NCBI GenBank assembly: GCA_951406725.2
Contig: OX597822.1
Span: forward strand, 82,336,001-82,400,000
Length of the DNA stretch: 64,000 nt
Direction of reading: 5' to 3'
Source of the DNA: Octopus vulgaris
Taxonomy: Eukaryota
This document shows positions 52,200 through 64,000 of the stretch, piece after piece (the first letter of the stretch is position 1; each line of letters begins with the position of its first letter). The position numbers and the translations under genes are program-made. The notes under the pieces are model-generated. The model saw only the letters and a list, made by a program, of their open reading frames with translations. It searched no databases and was not told where the DNA came from.

Positions 52200-52775
52200 A
52201 ACAGTGGAAGGAATCTGGGTAGAGGGAGGCACAGGAAGACATGACCTTCAAACGTTACACTTCACAGAGGCAATGACAAAAAACCAAGACCTCTGGAGGT
52301 ATGCTGTGACTGAGAAGACCTGGCAAATAAAGTGAGTTCACAGCTGTAACCTACACCAGTGTCGCATAACCAGCCCACTCAAAAGTACCTTGGATCGTAG
52401 GGCGACATGCTGTGCTTGAGGAGACTTATTGAGTCAAGTACATCAAAATCAAAATCAAATAGAAATTGTTGTTGTGATCCCCATGCTGGTGGCACGTAAA
52501 AAACACCATCCAATGCCAGTGCCGCCTTGACTGGCTTCCATGCCAGTGGCACCTGAAAAACACCAACTGATCGTGGTTGTTGCCAGCCACCTCTGGCCCC
52601 TGTGCCAGTGGCACGTAAAAAACACCCACTATACTCTCAGAGTGGTTGGCATTAGGAAGGGCATCCAGCAGTAGAAATGCTGTCAGATCAGACTGGAGCC
52701 TGGTGCAGCCTCCTGGCATTCTAGTCAAACCATCCAACCCATGGACGTTAAACAATGATGATGTTGATGATGATG
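52200..52775 (+). mobile_element. 5'-truncated RTE LINE (ORF end plus family C UTR)
   Basis: GRGRHRKT and DLQTLHFTEAMTKNQDLWRYAVTEKT, then the UTR and a GAT tail. Confidence 0.8.
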
Positions 52776-52800
52776 ATATATATATATTTACACATATTTA

Positions 52801-52859
<59 letters not shown>

Positions 52860-53431
52860 AACATGATTACATAATATAGACATAAGTATGCCAACTTACA
52901 AATATGTATATGTACAAATAGATATACAAAAGCCCATCTACACACGCACACACGTGCACACACAAAACAATGCAATGCTCACACAAACATGACATAAAGG
53001 TAGTTCACCTGTCAAATTTGACAATATTAGAATCTAGGTTTATAACTTTTATCTTTAATGTTTTCATCTCTTAACAGCCTCTCTATCTCTCTTTGTTTCT
53101 CTCTCCCTCACACACACACGTGCACACACACATACACACACACACACACACAGGCATATAAATGCACACATTCTTACACACATTCTTAACAATTTGCAGT
53201 ACAGTCACCTTCATAAAATCTCTCCTCTGTTTCATCCCCATCATCTCTCACATCTCTTCACATCTCTTGCAACCTCTTCCTGACTTCCCACATCTGTACT
53301 ATTCTCTAATCCTGTTATATAATCTTACTAACTTCATGCGCACATACACACACGCATACACATGCACATGCCCACCTACACACCCACTCATGCATTTATG
53401 TATATGAGAGTTTGTATGTCTATATATATAT

Positions 53432-53479
<48 letters not shown>

Positions 53480-54198
53480 GTCGTCGTCGTTGTCTAATGT
53501 CTGCTTTCCATGCTGGCATGGGTTGGACGGTTTGACCGAGGACTGGCAAGCCAGGAGTTTGCACCAGGCTCCAGTCTGATCTGGCAAGGTTTCTACAACT
53601 GGATGCCCTTCTTAACACCAACCACTCTGAGAGTGTAGTAGGTGCTTTCTATGTGCCACCAGCATGGGGGCCATTCAGGCAGCACTGCCATCAGCCATGC
53701 TCGAATGATACATTTTATGTGCCACCAGCATGGGTGGCACATAACAGGTCATCTGACCTGTTATGGCCATCTCTTATTTGTTTAAAGGTACACTGTATTT
53801 TTGATATGAATAATAAATTGTCTATTGACTAATTTTTTTCTTCTCGCTAAACCACTGGTAGCAAAGAATTTTTCTAAAATTTTTTTGCTACCCTAAGACT
53901 TATTAATTAATTATATATATATATATGTGTGTGTGTTTGTGTGCCAGTGGCACGTAAAAAGCACCATCCGATCGTGGCCGTTTGCCAGCCTCGTCTGGCA
54001 CGTAAAAAGCACCCACTACACTCACGGAGTGGTTGGTGTTAGGAAGGGCATCCAGCCATAGAAACATTGCCTGATCAGACTGGGACTGGTGCAGCCTTCT
54101 GGTTTTCCAGACCCCAGTTGAACCATCCAACCCATGCTAGCATGGAAAGCGGATGCTAAACGATGATGATGATATATATATATATTATATATATACAC

Positions 54199-54420
54199 AC
54201 TGGCAGAAACGTTAGTGCGCCAGACGAAATGCTTAGCGGTATTTTGTCTGTCGTTACGTTCTGAGTTCAAATTCCGCCGGGGTCGACTTTGGCTTTCATC
54301 CTCTCGGGGTCGATAAATAAAGTACCAGTTTCGCACTGGGTCGATATAATCGACTTAATCCCTTTGTCTGTCCTTGTTTGTCCCCTCTATGTTTAGCCCC
54401 TTGTGGGCAATAAAGAAATA
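54199..54420 (+). mobile_element. SINE family A variant with a different 3' end
   Basis: Family A head and core, then ttgtctgtccttgtttgtcccctct...ccttgtgggcaataaagaaa; same variant as 60699-60933. Confidence 0.85.
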
Positions 54421-54427
54421 TATATAT

Positions 54428-54466
<39 letters not shown>

Positions 54467-54629
54467 CAAAATTAGAGAATGGAGAAACATACTTAAATCA
54501 ATAAAACATCAACTATCCGATTAATCTTGTTGGGTACCTATCTGGCAGTATATTGGATATATATTATCCCATGGTGGGTTGAATTTTCAACCCTATCTCA
54601 TTTTATATATATATATACATATACATACA

Positions 54630-54660
<31 letters not shown>

Positions 54661-54711
54661 TACGCTTACATCTGTTTCTGATATGCATTTTTGATGTGTT
54701 CTTTATATATG

Positions 54712-55282
54712 AGGCATAAGATGTAATGTGCAAGAGGGCAGACTTTGCAGGTATGGTTATGTGATACATATGGATGAGGACAACTGCATCAGAGGTGCTG
54801 ATTTCTAATTGTGGAGAGAATGTGTGGAAAGGGAAGACCCAGGAAGACATGGGATGAGGTGGTGAGAAAGGATCCTTAAACGTTGGGCCTCACTGAGGGA
54901 ATGGCAGGGGGCCAAAACTACTGGGCGTTTGCTGTGCCTGAGATGACATCTCAAGCTAAGTAATACCATAGCTGTCCTTGCATATGGACTCACCCTCTGT
55001 ATCCTTCTTCAACTGGGTGATCCTAATCTTCTGGGCTTGTAGGTACTGGTGCCACATAAAATGCACCTGTGCCAGTACTTCATAGGAAGCACCCATGCTT
55101 GTGTCGTGTAAAAGCACCCAGTACAATCTGTAAAGTGGTTGGCATTAGGAAGGGCATCCAGTCATAGAAATCATGCCAAAATTTCCAAGCAGCTCTTCCA
55201 CTGACCAGCTTCTGTCAAACCATCAACCCTATGACAGCATGGAAAATGGATGTTAAATGATGATGATGATGATGATGATGAT
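54712..55282 (+). mobile_element. 5'-truncated RTE LINE
   Basis: VQEGRLCRYGYVIHMDEDNCI and GRPRKTWDEVVRKD, followed by family C UTR and a (GAT)n tail. Confidence 0.8.
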
Positions 55283-55493
55283 ATATGAAATAAATTCAAT
55301 GTAGTTAGCCAGTAGTTTCGACTAAGGACGAATTAAATTAAGCTTGTGTGTGTGAAAGTGAAGCCTTACAGCAGGGACATAGGAGATGACAGGCATGGGG
55401 AGGAATATAGATGTTGCACGGATGGTAGTCGAACCAAGAAAGAAAGGTCATACTTGGCCGAACACTGGTCATGTGGAGAGAGAGGGGAGAGGT

Positions 55494-55529
<36 letters not shown>

Positions 55530-57189
55530 CCACACATTATGCATACATGATACATATATATATATATATTAATGTAACTACACATGTCCCGTTGACGATT
55601 TCTTTTCTTTCTTTGGACTTTTCCCTTTCTCCTTTCTCTGAGCATCAAATTTATACATTTCTTGTGCATGTCCGCACATTCATTTTTGTCTGTTTTTTTC
55701 TTTTTTTTTTTCGTTCATTTGAATTGTTTGCTTGTTATGAGTGACTATTATGTGTGTGTGTGTGTGTAACTTTGGTAGAATTGTGAAAGTATATGATAGT
55801 AAATGATATCATGTAATGTCTATTTGGATATTTGATATGGCTCTCTGCACCTTGATTTCAAATTCCACCAGGGCTGACTTTGTATGTTCATCGTTTTGAG
55901 ATCAAGAAGTAATAAAAGACCATAAGAATATCAGACAAGATGTTTTACAATGTCTGCGTCTGTTCTGTTTTTGTCTATTCTCACTTCAAATTCTCTCGCT
56001 TTAATGGTGACCCATCAATAGTGATAACATTGCAAAACATTGGCATCAAGTCTATTGTAGTTAAAATAAAAAGAAAGAAATGACCGCACAGGAAACCCCA
56101 GAGAGGTCAGAAAACTAATATCACATTCATGAGAACCCTGTGCATCTAGAACAAGGATGTGCCCTTGGGTAGGCAAGGTAGACAGTGCCTACCTCGAATA
56201 AAATAGATCAATAGTAACATTTTCCTTTTAAGCCAAAATAAGCATCTAATTTAATAAAATTATGAGGGTTAGTCTGTTTGCTATGCATAAAATGCAAAAT
56301 ATTTTACTTTTTTGTAGATTAGGCACAATTCGCCCGTCTTTCAATCTCAGTATTAAAGCTATGCACAGTACTGCTGTAGTACACATGCTGTGTACATTCC
56401 TACAACAACGTTTTCTTTACGCATTATAAAGGCAGAAGTATATATGCCTCCAACTCAGTTTGCAGCCTGAAAGACGACCCTAGTTTCCAGCTCAGAATTT
56501 CTGGAACCACTGCTGACACTGGCTTACAGTTCTTGTCCGATCCACATATACTACAATAATATCCCTCATACTTTTCGTTGCCTTGTTGCCCTTATTGAGC
56601 TCATAAAGCAAAATATACCAAATATGCTCCTTTGGTATGTAGCTTTGAAAAAATAACTGTTAAAATCGAACTACTCTTCAAAATAGCCCTAGGAATAAGG
56701 ACACAGTAAAATTACTACCTGCTTTCATAGCAAGTTGATGCAGGTAGTTTATCCTATCCCCCTCCAACTTTTAGGTCACGCAATTGAAAAAATAATTATT
56801 TATGAGATGACCCAATATATATATGTGTGTGTGTGTACGCACAGACATACACATACATAAACACACATATATATAGCCACACAAAGATCAAAGCATTCAA
56901 TTAGCATTTTCATCTGCAGCCAGCGTATATTTATTATGGAATGTCTTGATTAGGATTTTGGACTACACAGGATATGGCTCCAGCCTCCCATATTTACCAT
57001 TCTAATGATAACATGGAATTCACTGAAGCGCACATAGCTTCTATAATGAAGAAGCTTGAAGAACTTTCTCAGAAACACGTTAAGCCACTGCGATGGTGTC
57101 TACGAATCTTTTGCACATTTGATTGTTTAATTTTGATTTTGATTTCTAAGCACATTAATTACCAATCTGTAATATTAATTATGTTTATC

Positions 57190-57237
57190 ATATTTTCTTT
57201 ATAGTCATCATGTTTTTCTTTTCTTTTTTAGGTAAGT
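57190..57237 (+). other. Candidate recursive splice site or 27-nt microexon
   Basis: tattttctttatAG (57204) then tcatcatgtttttcttttcttttttAG (57231) directly followed by GTAAGT (57232-57237), in non-repetitive AT-rich sequence. Confidence 0.4.
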
Positions 57238-57512
57238 ACAAATTGGTTTATTTTGAAATATTTAACATGAAATTTAATTTTGCAAGAATTTTTGGTAAGT
57301 ATTCAATTTATTGAACTTAAATTTTCAACAGATTCCTGACTTTTAAGAGTGTTTTATTGCAACTATGTGTTTCTGCCAAGATTTATGGATTTAGTATGTA
57401 TTGTGTGTGTTTGTATGGAATATAACTGCTATCAGTTCCCATCTCTATGTCCATGTATATATATATATGTAAATACGTGTATGAAATTAAATGTTTGTAT
57501 ATAACTATGTAG

Positions 57513-57550
<38 letters not shown>

Positions 57551-57618
57551 ATATACATATATGTATCTAAATACATTCTGACATATAACTAAATCTTTGC
57601 GTGTGTGTATGTATGTAT

Positions 57619-57695
<77 letters not shown>

Positions 57696-58135
57696 CATGC
57701 GTGCTTATTTGTGTAAAACTTTTTATTTATTTTGTGGTACAAAAAAACATAGAGCTGAATGATCAATACACCCTTTCTTTTCACTCTCTTGATGTATAAC
57801 AGCCAACCTAGATAGTTGTTTGAACAAAACTGTGATCCTATTTACTTAACAAATAGAAAAAACATACATTATATACATAAATGAATAAATAACAACATGT
57901 AAATATGTGTCAATTCACTTCAGCAGTTTCCAACGTATTTTTAATTAATTAATTAATGGAGACATTACATCATTAGAAAAAAAACGTTTTCATCAGGTGA
58001 ATACATGAACCACAACATTAAAAAATATTAAAAACCCCAACAGGATGTGCATCTTCGTGATTTTATTACCTTTACTGGTCATAGAAACTTATGTAGCAAA
58101 CAAAAATTTCAAGTTACATATGTGTGTGTGTGTAT

Positions 58136-58173
<38 letters not shown>

Positions 58174-58348
58174 TAAATATTAGGGAATAAATCCAAATTT
58201 ACAGGGAAAAAAATCAGATTTAGGATTAAATCCAATTTTATAGTAAAATATTATAAAATATTATTAGAGACAAAACCACTATTTTGCAAAACAAACAAGG
58301 AAAGACTTAATCAATACATAAAATTTTAATAAATAGTCAAAAAAACCG

Positions 58349-58391
58349 CCACTACAATTGTTTCTTGTCTTGATCGACAATCTTCAGGTGG
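58349..58391 (-). ncRNA. Identical hammerhead motif on the minus strand (left arm of the palindrome)
   Basis: Exact reverse complement of 58438-58480. Confidence 0.85.
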
Positions 58392-58437
58392 ACTTCCAAT
58401 AAGTCAGTTTCAAATTTGAAACTGACTTATTGGAAGT

Positions 58438-58480
58438 CCACCTGAAGATTGTCGATCAAGACAAGAAACAATTGTAGTGG
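58438..58480 (+). ncRNA. Intact minimal type I hammerhead ribozyme motif
   Basis: CCAC CTGAAGA TTGTC gatcaa GACAA GAAA CAATTG TA GTGG; predicted cleavage after GUA at 58476. Confidence 0.85.
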
Positions 58481-59729
58481 CGGTTTTTTTGACTATTTAT
58501 TAAAATTTTATGTATTGATTAAGTCTTTCCTTGTTTGTTTTGCAAAATAGTGGTTTTGTCTCTAATAATATTTTATATATATATACATACATAGAGAGAA
58601 TATAAAGAAAGTCAGAAGGTATGATTTATTTCACCAGTTGATCTCCATAGGATAACAGCTGTTCCATAGCCAACACTATGCAAAAATAATTTAGTTTAAT
58701 GTATAATAAATTATTTTACATGTCTGCCCTAGTGTGTATGCTATAAATTGCATAGTATAAATCAATGTAGATATAGAAGGCTAGCTCATCAGATCAACAG
58801 GATATCACATCAATTTTTCAGCTCCATTATTCACAATAACTATTTTATCTATAACTTTAATACACTGGACATACAATTCATACAAACACTTGTGTTACTT
58901 TTGGTGAACAAATAGTTTCTCTAACTCAAACCTTTCAAATGGATTATTGCAGCAAACGTATTTAAAAAATGTTAAAAGAGATACTCTGGAGTTATAAGTT
59001 TGAATTTTCTGAGGGTCTATGGCTATCTTTTTTTTATTTTAATTTTCTTTTTAACATGGCTGTGTGGTATGAAACTTCCTTCCCAACCACATGGCTTTGA
59101 ATTCAATCCCATTGTGTGACACCTTGGGCAAGTGTCTTCTCCTATAGCCTCAGGCCGACCAAAACCTTGTGAGTGGATTTGGTAGATGGAAACTGAAAGA
59201 AGCCTATTGTGACTGGGAAGCAAACTTCTTACCATACAGCCATGCTTGCACCCACAGGGGCTACATAACTCTTGGTTTCATACTATATACTTTGGATTTC
59301 TGATTTTTAAATGTTTGTTCAGATTTGGAATGGATTCTGTGAAATGGTCATAGAAGAGGCAATAGCCATTTTCTCTAAAGTATGTCAGAAAAGAAAACAG
59401 ATAATTTTTTCTAAGCTAAGGGGAAAATATTCTTAGTAGAAAGGCAATAACTCAAAAACCAGGCCGCAAAATTATGTCACCTGGAATGATAAATGATTTA
59501 AAAGTTTGTAAGATCAGAATGAAGAAAAGACATGTGGACAGATTGATGGACTGATCGACGGACAGAGAAGAGGGGAAGAGAGATAAGAGGGGAAAAGATA
59601 AAGAAGAATAGAAAGAGAAAGGGAATGAAGGAGTACACAGAGGTCAGACAGAAATGAGAGACAGGTATAGAGGGAGTGGCTTAGAGCAGTACCTAAGGAT
59701 GTATTACCTTTCATGTATAATATGCCAGT

Positions 59730-60070
59730 TGCTCATGTAGAGATAAAATACATGCCACCTCAGCAGTGACTGCAACAAGGAAACTGTTTTGTATGAAGCA
59801 GAAGACTGGTTCAAAGAGCTATCTGAGACTACATTGGCATGACAGAGGGACCATTCAAAATACACATGCACTACCTCTTTTAAGAGTTGTTATCATCATC
59901 ATCATCACTTAATGTCTGTCCTCCATGCTGGTGTATGGATTAGACAGTTCAACAAGGGTTGGCAAGTCAGAAAACCACACAAACCCTGCTGTCTGCTTAA
60001 TGAATGAAAAGTCACAATATTAGCCAAATAGATATAACTTTTGAAAGAGGAAGACAAAAGATATCAATCT
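59730..60070 (+). pseudogene. Penelope-like element GIY-YIG endonuclease remnant, interrupted by a family C fragment
   Basis: Frameshifted translation CSCRDK / CHLSSDCNKETVLYEA / YIGMTEGPFK / TILAK*I*LLK matches the PLE pattern CxCRxKxxCPLxGxC..VVYxA..YIGxTExxFK..TxLSKYIWxLK. Confidence 0.7.
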
Positions 60071-60698
60071 GAGAAGAATTTGGCTGCTATTTCTAACAAG
60101 TACCTAATGTACAGGCTCCCTTGCTGTCTTGTTATTGTGACTTTTAAGGTATTGAACTGGCAGAATGGTTAGCACATCAGACAAATGCTTTGTGGCATTT
60201 CTTCCAGCTTTTTACATTCCAAGTTCAAATGCTGCCAAGGATAACTTTGTCTTTCATCCCTTCAAAGTCATCATAATCACCATCATCATCATTTAATGCC
60301 TGTTTTCCATGATAGCATGGCTGGATGGTCTGACAGCAGCTGACAAACCAAAGAGCTGCACAAGGTTCCACTTGTCTTATTTTTGCTTGGTTTCTACAGC
60401 TGGATGCTCTTCGTAATGCCAACCACTTTACAGAGTGGCACTGGGTGCTTTTTATGTGGCACTAGCACAGGTGTTTTCTATGTGGCTCCAGCACAGGAGT
60501 TTGTTATGTAGTGCCTGAGATCAATAACATAAAGTGCATTTGAATCCCAGGGTCAATATAATTGATTTAACTCCTTCCCTAAAGTTGCTGGCCTTGTCTA
60601 CCAAAATTAGAAAGAATTATCACAGCCATTGCAGATGGTGGCGTGTATGTTGATGGAGGATCCACAGATCTGTGGTGTTGATGGTATTGGTTGTATCA

Positions 60699-60933
60699 AA
60701 AAGGGGACGAGCTGGCAGAATTATTAGCACACCGGGCGAAATGCTTAGCAGTATTTTGTCTGCCGTTACATTCTGAGTTCAAATTCCGCCGAGGTCGACT
60801 TTGCCTTTCATCCTTTCGGGGTCGATTAAATAAGTACCAGTTACGCACTGGGGTCAATGTAATTGACTTGATCCATTTGTCTGTCCTTGTTTGTCCCCTC
60901 TGTGTTTAGCCCCTTGTGGGTAGTAAAGAAAAA
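60699..60933 (+). mobile_element. Young SINE family A variant with a 16-bp TSD
   Basis: ggtattggttgtatca at 60683-60698 and 60934-60949; CpG-rich. Confidence 0.9.
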
Positions 60934-61374
60934 GGTATTGGTTGTATCAGGGATATCAGTAGAGATGGTGTGGGGATATCATTTGATAGCAGGTGAGTGT
61001 TGAATTAGTGATGGCTGTAGTGGTGGTGGTAGTGTTGATGTTGGTGGTTAGTGATAGTAGTCTCACTGGAGTTAGCTAACAAGTTTTTAGCACTTCAGGC
61101 TTCATCTCCAAGTCCCTCCGTCCCCCCACCACCACCACTGCCACCACACCCAACGATGCATGTTAGGTGATATGCAATAGATGCAAAAGAAGTAAACTGC
61201 ATTTCAGTTGCAGCAGAGACTGAAACTGCATCAATTAGAAATCACAAACTGCACATCTTGTGCACTGCTTGCAATCAATGAAAATGGTAACAACAACAGC
61301 TGGAACAACAACAATTACAACAGCAGTTCTTTGCAGGAAACCTGGATTAGACATATAAACTATAACAGCAAATA

Positions 61375-61377
61375 CTA

Positions 61378-61431
<54 letters not shown>

Positions 61432-61655
61432 GCTACTACTACTACTACTAGCTACTACTGATACTACTACTACTACCACCACCACCACCACTACTACTAC
61501 AACTACTATTACTAGCTACTACTGCAACTACTACTACAACTACTACTGCTGCTACTACTACCACTGCTGCTGCTACTACCACTGCTGCTGCTACTACTGC
61601 TACTGCTGCTACAACACGTGATGTTACTACCACTACAATCCACATTACTACTACT
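61375..61655. repeat. (TAC)/(TGC)/(CAC) trinucleotide tract
   Basis: Direct reading. Confidence 0.95.
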
Positions 61656-62140
61656 ATAACTGAATAAAAAGGTATCAACCATAGGTTACAGTAACAAGAT
61701 GTGAATGAACACACACACACACACACACAAAATATGTATTTTTGTTCATTTTTCAATGACTACACACGTGTGTGTGTGTGTGTGTGTGTAAGTATATAAA
61801 TATCTCCAAGGGTCGTCTGTTCAGAGGAAGATGTTTTAGATCTCATAGAATAAAAAGTGCTAAAACAGAAGGCCATCGTTGGATGAAAGAGAACACTTTT
61901 TTAAATAGTCATCTGTGTATTATATTCAATGTATATACACTTTTGATAATTCAATTACTGCATTATTTGTCCTGTGTTAGGGAGGTGTTAGGGATGTGCT
62001 GTGTTAAATGCACGATAAATATTGGACAGACATGAAAAATCACCCCTAACAGCAACTAGAGAAAACACCAAATGCATTTTGGCCTTTTGAGAGCTTTTCA
62101 ATGAAGTTTACTCGCAGACAAGAAGTCATCACCATTTTAA

Positions 62141-62356
62141 TCCTTTAGCATTCAGATTACTCTGTCAAATGTATTGTTTATTTATTTGCATTGTTTTGAA
62201 TTAATCATGTATTATCTCAAAGCTTTGAGATTTCAATGATGTGATTGTTTTATTTTTTGAATAACATTGTAGGGTAGGTGTGAGAGGCAAGACCTGGCCA
62301 ATTTAAACCTGAATAGAATATTTGAGCCTGATTTGGCTGGTTTAAATGGTAAAGGG
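62141..62356. mobile_element. TTAA-flanked piggyBac-type MITE
   Basis: TTAA-tcctttagcatt...aatggtaaaggg-TTAA. Confidence 0.65.
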
Positions 62357-62519
62357 TTAATAAGATGTGTCAAAATCTAAGTATGACTCAGCCAATAGTG
62401 TTTCCAAGAAGAGGATGGAGTACTAGGGATGCTGTTGAAGTGATAGGGTCTAACCTTGAAATGATGAGAGAAATAACTGTGAAGAACACAGAATGGGGTC
62501 AGGGACAGATTCAAAATAA

Positions 62520-62690
62520 TAGGCATGGCTATGGGATAAGAGATTTGCTTCCCAATCACATGGTTCCAGGTTCAGTCCCACTGTGTGACATCTTGGTCAG
62601 CTTGAGGCTATATTACTTTAGCCTCAAGTTGACCAAAGCCTTGTGAGTGGATTTTGTAGATAGAAACTGAAAGCCCATTGTATATATTTA
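62520..62690 (+). mobile_element. SINE family B 5' half
   Basis: ggttccaggttcagtcccactg...gaccaaagccttgtgagtggatt. Confidence 0.7.
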
Positions 62691-62699
62691 GTGTCATCG

Positions 62700-63325
62700 T
62701 TATCATCATCATTTAACATCCGTTATCCATGCTGGCATGGGTTTAGATGGTTCGACAAGGGCTGGCAAGCTGGAAGGCTGCACCAGACTCCAGTCTGTTT
62801 TGACATGATTTCTATGGCTGGATGCCCTTCCTAACACCAACAACTGTGAGAGAGCAGTGGATGCTTTTATGTTCCACCAGCATGGGTTCCATTTGCGTTA
62901 CACTGGTTGGCCATCACTGTGGTTCTACTCAGCTTGATGGGTCTTCTTTTCAAGCACAACATAATGCCAAAGGCCTTCGTCATTGCCTCCATGAGACCCA
63001 ACATTCAAAAAGAGCTTTACCTGTGCCACCAGCATCAGTCACTTTGCATCTGTGAGGCCCAATGCTCAAAAGGTGCTTTTTAGATTCCACTAACACGAGT
63101 GCCTGTTACATGACACCAGCATCAGCCATGCCTACAATTTCACTTGGCTTGACGCGTCTTCTCAAGCACTGCATATCGCCAAAGATCTCAGTCACTAGTC
63201 ATTGCCTCTGTGAGGCCCAAAGTTCGAATATCATGCTTCACCACCTTGTCCCATGTCTTCCTGGGTCTACCTCTACCACAGGTTCACTCCACAGTTAAAG
63301 ATCGGCACTTCTTTACACAGTTGTC
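62700..63325 (-). mobile_element. 5'-truncated RTE LINE
   Basis: Minus strand: GRGRPRKTWDKVVKHD..LGLTEAMTSD, then family C UTR and tail. Confidence 0.8.
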
Positions 63326-63327
63326 CT

Positions 63328-63535
63328 TAATGGTCAGCTTAATGGTAGCTTAATGCTTTTTGTCTATGAAATTTACTCATAGGCTTTGGCCAGCTTAATA
63401 GTAGCTTAATGGTCAGCTTAATAGTAGTTTAAAGGTTTTGTCTACAAAATTTACTTATAGGCTTTGATCAGCTTAATTATCAGCTTAATGTGTTTTGTCT
63501 ACAAAATTTACCCACAGGCTTTGGTCAGCTTAATG
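63328..63535. repeat. Irregular minisatellite derived from the SINE B central domain
   Basis: 3 x ttgtcta.aaaatttac.ca.aggctttg.tcagcttaat with extra agcttaat units. Confidence 0.7.
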
Positions 63536-63544
63536 GCAGCATCT

Positions 63545-64000
63545 GTTCATTTGTCAGTGTTGATGATGTCCAAGCTTTACACATGGGAGAAAAAGACAGG
63601 GCACAGTGAGTTTGGTTGTACCTGACCAGTGTAATGCATGCAATGGTCAAGCATTGGTAGTCTGTTGGGAAAGCAAGGAGTTGGCTATGAACTTGCTTAG
63701 TTTGTGTTTTCTTTGTGTCCCTGCAATCCTGTTCTGTTTGTAGGAGTTAGCACCTCTGTTGGCACAGCTTCACCAGGTGAGACTGTCTTGTACATGTATA
63801 TCCCAGGTGTCAGCACTGATCTCAGAGCTCCTCGGTGAGGCTTTGAGGGCTTCCTTAAAATGTCTTTTCTGTCCACCTTGCATGTGCTTGCTGTCCACCA
63901 GTTCACTGTAAAACAGTCACTCTGGGACACGCATATCAAACATCAAAACCAGGTGGGCTTCTCACCTGACTTGCGCTCTCCTCAAGCAGTGTGTAAATGA
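63545..64000 (-). pseudogene. RTE-BovB-type LINE ORF C-terminal remnant
   Basis: Minus strand: LFYSELVDSKHMQGGQKRHFKEALKAS..ISADTWDIHVQDSLTW*S..RGANSYKQNRI. Confidence 0.75.

Larger units (their letters stand above)
58252..58577. repeat. Perfect 326-bp palindrome (163-bp arms, no spacer), part of a TA-embedded element at ~58168-58577
   Basis: Checked base by base; centre caaa|tttg between 58414 and 58415. Confidence 0.95.

Noticed and set aside
56150-56700. Possible hAT terminus (gtgcccttgggtaggca..tgcctacc) and transposase remnant
   Set aside because: No partner TIR, TSD or convincing translation found by eye

Overview
Eukaryotic, AT-rich window that is extremely dense in microsatellites and retroposons. 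I found no intact host protein-coding gene. The repeat repertoire resembles an octopus (coleoid cephalopod) intron or intergenic region; this is recalled, not checked. Most ORFs in the track are simple-repeat artefacts. Recognisable mobile DNA: several tRNA-derived SINE families; LINE fragments (RTE, RTE-BovB, CR1, and an R4/Dong copy in a TAA array); a full-length dead mariner plus derivatives; three hAT MITEs with 8-bp TSDs; a TTAA (piggyBac-type) MITE; and a Penelope-like GIY-YIG endonuclease remnant. The most striking signal is at least ten minimal type I hammerhead ribozyme motifs in several unrelated short non-coding elements. Most sit in (TA)n tracts. Several show covarying or non-canonical catalytic cores (U3:A8, G3:C8, U6). 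Three lie in long inverted repeats, including a perfect 326-bp zero-spacer palindrome with an intact hammerhead on each strand. Together they suggest a diverse non-autonomous Penelope/retrozyme-like system. Also noted: a same-strand cluster of about 11 copies of an unclassified ~200-bp repeat, and a candidate recursive splice site or 27-nt microexon. Alignments and folds were done by eye, so degenerate boundaries are approximate.
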